A stretch of DNA of 32,000 nucleotides from Candidatus Anammoxibacter sp. (GCA_021777105.1 JAIQZQ010000131.1:5079-37078), one strand, 5' to 3'. Shown: positions 7,628 to 15,094, counted from the first letter of the stretch. Made by a program: numbers and translations. The notes: a model not told the origin generated them from the sequence alone.

Positions 7628-10150
7628 CTATGCGACCTGCGCCCCGCTATCCGCGCTTTGCGCCACCGCGCTTAGTTCATCCACAAGGGGCAATTCAATC
7701 GTGAATATTGCGCCGTGGTTTGGGCCGTTTTCAGCGCGGATGGAGCCTTTGTGCTCTTTTATCACGGTGTGGATTGAGGCCAGGCCTAAACCAAGGCCTT
7801 TGCCTTTGGTTGAAAAGAATGGGTCAAACACCTTGCCAATATTTTCAGGCTTTATGCCCGGGCCGGAGTCTGATATTGTTATCACTATTGTGTGCCGTCC
7901 GCCGACCACGCCTTTGCCGTCGCTGTTTGCCGGCTCAACCTTTGCCTCGATCGCAATCGCGCCCTTGCCGTCAATAGCTTCAACCGCGTTGGATAACAGG
8001 TTTATAAACACATGGCACATCATATCGGAGTCTCCGTTTATAGGCAATTTACCCTCGGGCAGGGTAGTGGTCTCTTCAATCCCGTTTTTGCGAAACGTGT
8101 TCTTAATCATGGACAGGGCGTCCCTTATCGTCTCGTTCAGATCCATTGGTTTCAGGTCCAATACCATTTCAGCGTGCTGTTGAAAACGTAAAATCCCGTT
8201 GACTATTTTTACCACCCTGTCGATCTCTTGCATCGCAGTCGCCATAAAATCGGTTCTAAACTCATGGTCGTCCAGCTTTTCAGGCAAAAGCTGGGCAAAC
8301 GTCTGAACAGCCGTCAACGGCCCGCGTATATCATGAACCATGCCCGCCGCCATTGTGGCAATCGTGCTTAGCTTATCAACAATTCTCTGGTCGTCTTCAA
8401 GTTTTTTCCGCTCCGTAAGGTCGTGCAGAACCACCAACGCCCCGATCACATTATCGTCATAATCTTTTAGCAACAATGTGTTTACATTTATGGGCAAACT
8501 CGCAATATTGTTTTTAATAGTGATCTCAACATTGCGCGTCTCGCCCCTGTTCCCAAGAGTATCAACAATAAAGCCGTTCAGCATGTCATTGATCAGGTCA
8601 ATGCCCTTGCCCACCGCGTCAGCTGATTGAACGTTGAAGATCCGTTCAGCCTCGGGATTAAACATAGATATGTTTCTAGCTCCGTCAACGGCAATTATCC
8701 CGCTTTTAAGCGTGTTAATAATCTTCTCCTGGTAAACCTTGCTTTCAGCCACCATAGTGTAAAGCTGCGAGTTTGTTATAGCCACCGCCATTTGATTCGA
8801 CAAAGTCAGAAACATCCTCATATCCTCGGCGGTAAACGGCCTGCCCGACCGCTTCTCCCCCAGGAAAATGACCGCAATCAAATGCTCCTCGGTAAACACG
8901 GGCGCGCATATCTCCATCTCAAGCGTGTTTAAGTCATCCCTTGCATCGCTTAATGCGGCCAGGGCGGGGTTGCGCCGCATCTCATCTTCCGTAACAACCC
9001 TTCTATTATCAGTTAACCACCTGATTAAAGCGTCTGTCCCGCGCAGGCTTGACCACGCCGCATGGGCGTTAATATTTCGCGACGAGCTTATTTCAAAACA
9101 GCCGCGCTCTTCATCTCTAACTATTATAAACGCCTTTTCAATGCCCATTGGCCCGCACAGGCGCAAAAGAGTCTGCTCCAACAGCTCCTCCATTGTTTTA
9201 ACCGAGGAGAGCGTCTTGCCCACATCCTGAATAACAGCGTGATGGTCGTAAATTTCAATAAATATCTTGTCCACAACCCTTTGCAGGACGCTTTTTAAAG
9301 GCACAAACGCAAAAGCTATAATAATAGACGCCGCCAATGCCGGCAGTACAGTCTTGTAATCGGTAAATTTGCCGAAACCGTAATTAAAAGCAACCACAAT
9401 AAGGATGTATGCCAGGGTTATTGAAAATGTGAGCAACGTGTAGACCGTGGTCTTTTTTACCACAACCTTGATATCCATTAATTGATATCTGACTATTGCG
9501 TAAGTTATAGAGCCCACAAAGATAATTGATGATGTTGGGACAAATTGTTCAAGCTGCCAAATGCCAAGTACAGGAAGTACACAGTTTGTTATAGTGCCAA
9601 AAGATATACCTATAAATGTGCCAAATAGCACATACTGAATTTGTAGTCTTTTAATTCCTCGATGGAACTTCAATTTTTTAAGTAAAGTTATAGACAAATA
9701 ACTCATAGATCCAAAAAAATAGATCCAATAAACAAGGAATAAAGCTCCGTAATAAGCGTGAATTTGCATATTCTCAAAAGTAACTTTTTTTACTATATAT
9801 GGTGAAGATATTGGGATAATAAAGATGAAGTTTATTATTAAGCACGCAATGCCAAAATATTTAGTTTTGGCTCTAAAATTTCGGTCTGGAAATACTTGCA
9901 GGAAATTAAAAAAAGAATATGGGAGAAAAAGAGCGACCCAGAAACCAACCCGTAACGCCTTTGTTGCTAGCTCTGTATTGTTGATACTTAATTGCATATA
10001 AAATATGCATAATGTCCATAATGCAATAACAAATGTGAAAATGCTAAAACGTCTATTTATGGAATTTGATGGATTTTTGTAAAATGTGTAAACGCCAAGC
10101 AGTAGGTTTAGGACAAATGCAATAAGGCTGACTATTGTAAATGAGTGCAT
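7628..10150 (-). CDS. Sensor histidine kinase: multi-pass membrane N-terminus, GAF, PAS, DHp, HATPase
   Basis: 840 aa with about 9 hydrophobic helices in the first 290 aa. GAF-like region: VKTMEELLEQTLLRL...FLGEKRSG. PAS-like region: IINTLKSGIIAVDGARNISMFNPEAERIF. H-box MVHDIRGPLTAV, N-box NLLSNAVEA, G1 DSGPGI, G2 GKGLGLGL. Confidence 0.9.
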   Translation of the reverse strand: MHSFTIVSLIAFVLNLLLGVYTFYKNPSNSINRRFSIFTFVIALWTLCIFYMQLSINNTELATKALRVGFWVALFLPYSFFNFLQVFPDRNFRAKTKYFGIACLIINFIFIIPISSPYIVKKVTFENMQIHAYYGALFLVYWIYFFGSMSYLSITLLKKLKFHRGIKRLQIQYVLFGTFIGISFGTITNCVLPVLGIWQLEQFVPTSSIIFVGSITYAIVRYQLMDIKVVVKKTTVYTLLTFSITLAYILIVVAFNYGFGKFTDYKTVLPALAASIIIAFAFVPLKSVLQRVVDKIFIEIYDHHAVIQDVGKTLSSVKTMEELLEQTLLRLCGPMGIEKAFIIVRDEERGCFEISSSRNINAHAAWSSLRGTDALIRWLTDNRRVVTEDEMRRNPALAALSDARDDLNTLEMEICAPVFTEEHLIAVIFLGEKRSGRPFTAEDMRMFLTLSNQMAVAITNSQLYTMVAESKVYQEKIINTLKSGIIAVDGARNISMFNPEAERIFNVQSADAVGKGIDLINDMLNGFIVDTLGNRGETRNVEITIKNNIASLPINVNTLLLKDYDDNVIGALVVLHDLTERKKLEDDQRIVDKLSTIATMAAGMVHDIRGPLTAVQTFAQLLPEKLDDHEFRTDFMATAMQEIDRVVKIVNGILRFQQHAEMVLDLKPMDLNETIRDALSMIKNTFRKNGIEETTTLPEGKLPINGDSDMMCHVFINLLSNAVEAIDGKGAIAIEAKVEPANSDGKGVVGGRHTIVITISDSGPGIKPENIGKVFDPFFSTKGKGLGLGLASIHTVIKEHKGSIRAENGPNHGAIFTIELPLVDELSAVAQSADSGAQVA

Positions 10151-10380
10151 AACGGTTTTTAAATGAAAGTTATAAAATTTCCATCAATAATAACGCAGCC
10201 GTGTAATCTTTACAAACAAAAAGAGCGTGATTAAACAAGGAAAACAATAGATGTACGGCTGGTTTTTTACACAGATGAACAATGCAAAGCTCTGTTTCGC
10301 CGGTTGGTTTTAGGGCCTGCGCAGCCCTTTAATGTTAACCAGGTTGTATTAACAGTTGAAATTCAAAACGACATCAAAAT

Positions 10381-10410
10381 AATGTAGTGTAGGCGCGTCC
10401 TCGCGCCGTG
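10381..10410. repeat. 30-bp hairpin-containing repeat (family D), copy 2, inverted
   Basis: AATGTAGTGTAGGCGCGTCCTCGCGCCGTG matches the reverse complement of 4499-4528 at 30/30 positions. Confidence 0.9.
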
Positions 10411-10560
10411 ACAGGCAAGTAAAGCCTATACGTTGAAATTAAGTAATCATGCATTGAAATCGTTTGCTAACGGCTCCCCGCCCAGTTGGCAAGTCTCCAG
10501 ACTTGAACCGCATCCGGCCTAAACTATGCTCCGTAAAGAATAAATCAAAAAATACCCCCG

Positions 10561-10590
10561 GTAGGTTCAAGTCGGGAGGCATGAACCTAC
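10561..10590. repeat. GTAGGTTCA...TGAACCTAC hairpin repeat (family C)
   Basis: GTAGGTTCAAGTCGGGAGGCATGAACCTAC. Related copies are at 16642-16675 and 16767-16797, with a fragment near 6055-6075. Confidence 0.8.
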
Positions 10591-10646
10591 ACGGGCTAAT
10601 ATTGTTTGATTCTAAAAAACCAGCCAAAAATCCCTGATTTTTACCG

Positions 10647-10757
10647 CCCAATTCCCAATTCCCAATTCCCAATTCCCAATTCCCAATTCCCAATTCCCAA
10701 TTCCCAATTCCCAATTCCCAATTCCCAATTCCCAATTCCCAATTACCAATTACCAAT
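10647..10757. repeat. Heptamer tandem array: CCCAATT x14, then ACCAATT x2
   Basis: Perfect 7-nt periodicity read directly. It explains the artefactual ORF 10439..10756 (GNWELGI repeats). Confidence 0.95.
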
Positions 10758-10781
10758 CCGTCCAGGCTTGTCTCGACTGCA

Positions 10782-10809
10782 TTGACATTAATAAATATAT
10801 TTGTATAAT
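10782..10809 (+). promoter_or_regulatory. Consensus sigma-70 promoter TTGACA-N16-TATAAT
   Basis: TTGACA at 10782-10787 and TATAAT at 10804-10809, both 6/6 matches. The first ATG (10816) lies 7 nt after the -10 box. Confidence 0.6.
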
Positions 10810-10815
10810 GTAAAG

Positions 10816-11139
10816 ATGCCTATAACTAAAGAGTTAAAAAACGTTAAAAACTTCGAATCAGCCGGTTTTACACATGAGCAGGCCGAAACCCTTGCCGAAG
10901 CCATTGAGGTGTCGCATGTTGATAGCCATGAAAGCCTTAAGGAGTTTATGCGAAATGAGTTTGAAAAACAGAGCAATGAACTCTCCAGCCAAATAGGAGC
11001 TCTTGACAATAAACTTAGCCAACGAATAAGCGATCTGGAAGTTAAAATGGTCACCTCCCAGAAAGACCTTCTTGTCAAAATATTCGCAATCATTGTTGGA
11101 ACCGTAGGCGTTGCCGTAACCATCTTGAAATTGTTCTAA
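10816..11139 (+). CDS. DUF1640-like coiled-coil protein with a C-terminal membrane anchor
   Basis: [19 protein letters not shown], then a coiled coil, then the C-terminal hydrophobic [23 protein letters not shown]. This is the DUF1640/CCDC90-like pattern. The ORF-track start at 10801 is a TTG inside the -10 box, so ATG 10816 is preferred. Confidence 0.6.
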   Translation: MPITKELKNVKNFESAGFTHEQAETLAEAIEVSHVDSHESLKEFMRNEFEKQSNELSSQIGALDNKLSQRISDLEVKMVTSQKDLLVKIFAIIVGTVGVAVTILKLF

Positions 11140-11147
11140 TTAGAACC

Positions 11148-11180
11148 AACCGATCACCGATCACCGATTACCGATTACCG
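11148..11180. repeat. Heptamer tandem array, NACCGAT x4.5
   Basis: AACCGAT CACCGAT CACCGAT TACCGAT TACCG, located between convergent genes. Confidence 0.9.
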
Positions 11181-11187
11181 TGTCTAA

Positions 11188-12171
11188 CTACTCTTTAACA
11201 AGTATCAAAAAATTAAACATCCCCTTGTTGTCGCTTTTAATGATGATCATTTTTTTGTCTATTCCGGCCCATCTTGCCAATCTTCGCAACGCGCCTATCC
11301 CCCTGATATAAAGGGGCATATTCCATATCCATTCAAGCTCAAACTTGTTTTGAAAACAATTTGAAAGGCTTCCTATAACTATTGAACTCTTGTTATTTAA
11401 GAGTTTGTAGAGCAATTTCAAATATATCTCAAACTGCTCATCGTCCAGGCAATCAAACAGCTCCATGGAAATAATAATGTCCTGATTTAAAGGCAAATCA
11501 TGGTATTTATTTAAATCCTCCAATACCTTGTCGTTTAAAATTGGGGTCTTGGCGGTTGTATAGTCGATTATTGAGTTCATGCCGTTCGTTCCCCGATCGC
11601 CGTTATCAACAACAGTTAAATTAACAAGCTCTTTTGCCCCGGGTTGAGGAAACAGCTTTAAGGACTCCTTTACAATATGACTCGGGCCCAGGCTTATATC
11701 CAGAATGTTTGCGGGTTTACGATCCTTATGAAATTCCGCGAATCTCCTTCTAACCATACCCAACGCCTGGCTCTTTCGCCTCCTTATAGCCTTGCAACAA
11801 TCAAGCTTGAGCAGGTATTTACTCATAAATTTGTCTATGCCGTGCCCGCAGGTTCTGTAGTTGTGAAATTTATTTAAAATGGGGAGGTTGCGCGGATATT
11901 GAACACTTTTGCCTGAATAGGTATTTATACATTTGCATTTCATAAACAGTTTTTTGTGGAGATTGTCATAAGCTTCTTTGATAGCCTTTTTTTCCGGGTG
12001 TTTCTCATATTTGTTTTTTATAAACTTTTGAAAATCAAAGAAAAACCTGGCCAATGCCGAGTCTGTAAACACCTGAAGGTTTGGCATTGTCTCTGTTTGC
12101 TTGCTGCTCATATGATAGAGCGCATCCATGCACATTTCAAAATCTTTTAAGTGTATAAGCATATCTTTCAT
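11188..12171 (-). CDS. Putative class-I SAM-dependent methyltransferase-like protein with a Cys-rich N-terminal region
   Basis: 327 aa. Motif I is degenerate (ANILDISLGPS). An acidic residue follows beta-2 (LTVVDNGD). Motif II-like DIIISMELFDCLDDEQF and motif III-like LLNNKSSIVIGSL are present. The N-terminal 150 aa is unassigned (CKCINTY...TCGHG...DCCK). Confidence 0.45.
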   Translation of the reverse strand: MKDMLIHLKDFEMCMDALYHMSSKQTETMPNLQVFTDSALARFFFDFQKFIKNKYEKHPEKKAIKEAYDNLHKKLFMKCKCINTYSGKSVQYPRNLPILNKFHNYRTCGHGIDKFMSKYLLKLDCCKAIRRRKSQALGMVRRRFAEFHKDRKPANILDISLGPSHIVKESLKLFPQPGAKELVNLTVVDNGDRGTNGMNSIIDYTTAKTPILNDKVLEDLNKYHDLPLNQDIIISMELFDCLDDEQFEIYLKLLYKLLNNKSSIVIGSLSNCFQNKFELEWIWNMPLYIRGIGALRRLARWAGIDKKMIIIKSDNKGMFNFLILVKE

Positions 12172-12260
12172 TTTAAATTCAATCTCTCTTCAAAATATTT
12201 TGTTAAAATTAGTCACAATATTACTTATAAGATACCAACCCGGACAAGCCGAAAAAAACA

Positions 12261-12893
12261 AACCACAGATTGCACAGATAAAAGCAAAAAGCAAAAGCAA
12301 ACCACAGATTTCACAGATAAGAGCAAAAAGCGAACCACAGATTACACAGATTGCACAGATAAAAACAAACTACCGATTTCACAGATAAGAGCAAAAAGCG
12401 TATTAACCACAAATCTGCACAAATCCACACTAAAAAGAGCAAGATCAAAAGCAAACCACAGATTTCACCGATAACACAGATAAAAGCAAAAAGCGAACCA
12501 CAGATTACACAGATTGCACAGATAAAAGCGAACCACAGATTACACAGAAAAAGCAAAAAGCAAAAGCAAACCACAGATTGCACGGATAACACAGATAAAA
12601 ACAAACTACAGATTTCACAGATAAAAGCAAAATCGATGGTAAAAGCAAAAAGCAAAACAAACTGCCGATTACACAGAAAAAGCAAAAAGCGTATTAACCA
12701 CAAATTTGCACAAATCCACACTAAAAAGAGCAAGAGCGAACCACAGATTACACAGATTGCCCCCTCTGGGGATAATTTTCACTAGAGCAGGCAAGCTGCT
12801 CAGTGTTCATTTACATAGATAAAAGCAAAAAGCAAACTACCGATTACACAGATAAAAGCAAACCACAGATTGCACAGATTTCGCAGATAAAAG
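12261..12893. repeat. Degenerate satellite built on ACCACAGATTNCACAGATAAAAGC units
   Basis: Nine exact ACCACAGATT cores at 12261, 12301, 12334, 12455, 12497, 12531, 12569, 12739 and 12861, plus CTACCGATT / CTACAGATT / CCACAAATC variants, separated by AAAAGC-rich spacers. There is also a higher-order repeat: 12391-12443 and 12682-12734 match at 52/53 positions. Confidence 0.9.
12759..12812. repeat. Dispersed ~54-bp repeat (family I), copy 1
   Basis: The reverse complement AAATGAACACTGAGCAGCTTGCCTGCTCTAGTGAAAATTATCCCCAGAGGGGGC matches 24861-24913 at roughly 85% by eye. It contains the hairpin GAGCAG-CTTGC-CTGCTC. Confidence 0.8.
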
Positions 12894-13126
12894 CCCAAGT
12901 TATTTCTTTCCGAGCCCTTAAGCGCCGGCGCATAAACTACATAAGTTGTTATAAAATAAGACGTTGCTTTTCTTAGTGTCTTTGATTCTTTGTGGCTAAA
13001 ATAGCTTTTGATTCTATAATTTAAAGTTTATGCTGAGCTCTTAAAAATACTATTTATTAAAGAAACCAACTACTAGTCGTTTTAACGCAAAACACGTGGT
13101 TGATAAAAAGTAAAAACGCTTCTGAA

Positions 13127-13149
13127 CCCCTGAAATTCAGGGGGTTTTT
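13127..13149 (+). terminator. Intrinsic-terminator-like hairpin followed by a T-run
   Basis: CCCCTGA-AAT-TCAGGGG followed by GTTTTT: a 7-bp stem (5 GC pairs), 3-nt loop and T5 tract on the plus strand. No annotated plus-strand gene lies upstream. Confidence 0.5.
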
Positions 13150-13328
13150 AAAATATAGTTGTCCTGTTAAAGGTTACAAAGCAACAGTGTATGTATGTAA
13201 ATTGTAAACATGTTGATAGAATAATACTACGGGCAATGTTATTTGTCAAGTTAAAATGCAACTGATACGGGTATTTTGGGTGTTTTTGTGTTAAAACGCG
13301 AAGGGAAAAGCGTAAAAAGCATACGGAG

Positions 13329-13624
13329 AGAGCGGTAATTGGTAATTGGTAATCTGTGAATGGTGATTGGTGAATCATGGAGGAAAAGTAAAAGCAAAAG
13401 CGTGCCCACGAAAAAGCACGAAATGACACAAAAAGTAAATATTAAAAAGCGAAAAATTTCTAAAATAGCCTGAAAGGCTAAAATTATATTAGCCCATGGT
13501 AAGCGAGGCGCCACCCTGGGAATGAAGCGCGCCCACGAAAAGGCGCGAATAGACACGAAATTAAAAGCAGAAAGAAAAAAAACAAAAGGCAAAAAGCAAG
13601 AGCTATTAAGACAGGATAAAAGCG
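13329..13624. repeat. ~290-bp composite direct repeat, copy 1 (3' side of the Rpn gene)
   Basis: Colinear with 14807-15094 at roughly 90% by eye. Order of parts: a GGTRATY heptamer run, AAAAGC repeats, CACGAAAAGGCGCGAA, AGCCTGAAAGGCT hairpin, CCATGGTAAGCGAGGCGCCACCCTGGGAATGAAGCGCGCCCACGAAAAGGCGCGAATAGACACGAAATTAAAAGC, ending GCTATTAAGACAGGATAAAAGCG. Confidence 0.9.
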
Positions 13625-13825
13625 GGTAATCGGTAATCGTTAAAAAAGCGGGTAAAAGCAAAATCAAAAGCGAAAAGCGTGCCCACGAAAGGACACGAAA
13701 AGGCGCGAAAATTAAAAGCGTGGTCGCGAAAGGACACGAAAATATACCAAAGGAGCCTGAAAGGCTTAAAGTATTACAGCTCAAGGTCGGCGAGGCGCCT
13801 CCCTGAGGCTTAAATGTGGTTAATA

Positions 13826-14704
13826 TCAGAGATGTTCAATTGTTTTGCTTGGCAAACCGGTTACTTTAGCAATTGTTGTTATGTCAATTCCATTTTGTTT
13901 CATTGCTTTTGCCATTTCTATTTTTCCTTTTTCAAATCCTTCGGCTATCCCTTCTGTTCTCCCTTCCGCTTTTCCGTCTGAAAATGAAGTGTCTATACAA
14001 TTTTTAAGATCGCGGTAGGCTTTAAGGCTCTCTTCGTATTCAGTGTATTCTTCGTCGCTATAATTTGCAATTTCAGCTTGCTCAAAGAGTTTTTTAAACA
14101 CTTTTTCCTGAAGTATGGCGGGTCTTTTGGTTAGATCTTCCAAATTTTTTAGCACAAAAAGCCATTTGTCAAAATGTGTTTCAAGTTCATTTTCTGTTTT
14201 TTGAAATTTTGGCATTTCAAGATAAACATAGGTTAGTTTATCATAAAAGACTTTTTGTGTCTGCTTATCAAAGAGTTGAACTTCATGGTGGAATACTTCT
14301 TTATCATCTTTGTCTTCGTTAAATATAAAATCAAGTATGCCGACTGTATAAACGGATTTTAGCTGAAAATTCCAGTTTCCTTTTGCCGCTTGTTGCTGTA
14401 TTGGGAAAGTTGAGTAATATATGCTTCTATCCTTGAAATAATTTTGTTTTGCTTTTTGTATTTCAACAATAAATTTCTCGCCTTTTTCATTTTCACAGTA
14501 GATGTCGAAAATAGCTTTTCGATCATTTATGGCTCGGCCTAACTGTTCTTTTGATAGATAGCTAATGCTTGTTATTTCACCTTCGTCTTTTCTTAGCAAT
14601 TCATTCAGAAAATCTATCAAAATATCCTTATTTGTCTCTGTTCCAAATAATTTATTAAAACCAAAGCCGGTAAAAGGTATTATATATTTATCCTGAACTC
14701 TCAT
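13826..14704 (-). CDS. Rpn-family recombination-promoting nuclease / putative transposase (PDDEXK_2 type)
   Basis: The N-terminus DKYIIPFTGFGFNKLFG matches the family signature (KYINPFTDFGFKKLFG). The nuclease core is FDIYCENEKGEKFIVEIQKAKQ (D...ExQ/K). The C-terminal tail is EGRTEGIAEGFEKGKIEMAKAMKQNGIDITTIAKVTGL. The ORF-track start at 14716 is a TTG, so ATG 14704 (MRVQDKY) is preferred. Confidence 0.85.
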   Translation of the reverse strand: MRVQDKYIIPFTGFGFNKLFGTETNKDILIDFLNELLRKDEGEITSISYLSKEQLGRAINDRKAIFDIYCENEKGEKFIVEIQKAKQNYFKDRSIYYSTFPIQQQAAKGNWNFQLKSVYTVGILDFIFNEDKDDKEVFHHEVQLFDKQTQKVFYDKLTYVYLEMPKFQKTENELETHFDKWLFVLKNLEDLTKRPAILQEKVFKKLFEQAEIANYSDEEYTEYEESLKAYRDLKNCIDTSFSDGKAEGRTEGIAEGFEKGKIEMAKAMKQNGIDITTIAKVTGLPSKTIEHL

Positions 14705-14806
14705 GTTATGTTCCAAGTTAAATTAAGCGATTATGTTGTAATTTTTAAAGCATAATTGTACACAAAGTGGTTATTTGATGGTAGCAATTTTTAAAGCAAG
14801 GCGAAA

Positions 14807-15094
14807 AGAGCGGTGATCGGTGAATAGTAATTGGTGATTGGTGAATCATGAAGGAAAAGCAAAAGCAAAAGCGTGCCGGCGAAAAGGCGCGAAATACCAC
14901 AAAAAAATAAATATTAAAAATCAAAAAATTCCAAAATAGCCTGAAAGGCTTAAATTATATTAGCCCATGGTAAGCGAAGCGCCACCCTGGGAATGAAGCG
15001 CGCCCACGAAAAGGCGCGAATAGACACGAAATTAAAAGCGGAAAGAAAAAAACAAAAGGCAGAAAGCAGAAGCTATTAAGACAGGATAAAAGCG
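14807..15094. repeat. ~290-bp composite direct repeat, copy 2 (5' side of the Rpn gene)
   Basis: See 13329-13624: same order of sub-modules and same orientation. Confidence 0.9.

Noticed and set aside
7623-9298. Plus-strand ORFs inside the histidine kinase gene (7623..8183, 7708..7977, 8627..8932, 8868..9230, 9062..9298). Comparable antisense ORFs lie inside other long genes (for example 21251..21706, 22769..23092, 23333..23737, 28323..29564).
   Set aside because: They are antisense shadows of well-supported long CDSs, and no motifs were recognised in them.
10561-10590. tRNA-like T-arm (GGTTCAAGTC) in family-C repeats, also near 6055 and 16642
   Set aside because: No complementary T-stem, acceptor stem or anticodon arm can be drawn. 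The sequence is a simple hairpin repeat (GTAGGTTCA / TGAACCTAC). I found no tRNA or rRNA genes in the window.
10439-10756. 105-aa ORF with GNWELGI x5 repeats
   Set aside because: It is simply the translation of the CCCAATT heptamer array (three heptamers = 21 nt = 7 aa) plus flanking repeat modules. There is no start context, and the same arrays occur in many non-coding sites.
12128-12733. ORFs 12128..12388, 12151..12474 (+) and 12311..12733 (-)
   Set aside because: These are low-complexity translations (QITQIAQIK, FAFICVICG) of the ACCACAGATT satellite. Overlapping ORFs on both strands are typical of repeat artefacts.
12261-12893. CRISPR array or plasmid-type iteron origin
   Set aside because: The repeat units are variable in length and sequence. 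The 'spacers' are themselves AAAAGC low-complexity repeats rather than unique sequences. No cas, rep or par genes are nearby, and the units lack the regular 20-22 bp iteron phasing.
13148-13784. ORFs 13148..13429 and 13251..13784 (-), and 14955..15158 (-)
   Set aside because: They run through the composite repeat modules (FRAFSWARF and LPWANIILAFQA are translations of the CACGAAAAGGCGCGAA and AGCCTGAAAGGCT units). The 14955 ORF is the same artefact in the second repeat copy.
13900-13935. Internal AAGGA-N9-ATG near the C-terminus of the classical Rpn gene, as a second intragenic small protein (MAKAMKQNGIDITTIAKVTGLPSKTIEHL)
   Set aside because: The spacing is suboptimal, the product would be only 29 aa, and the purine-rich context is explained by the G/E/K-rich coding sequence itself. 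It is much weaker than the case at 7023-7037.
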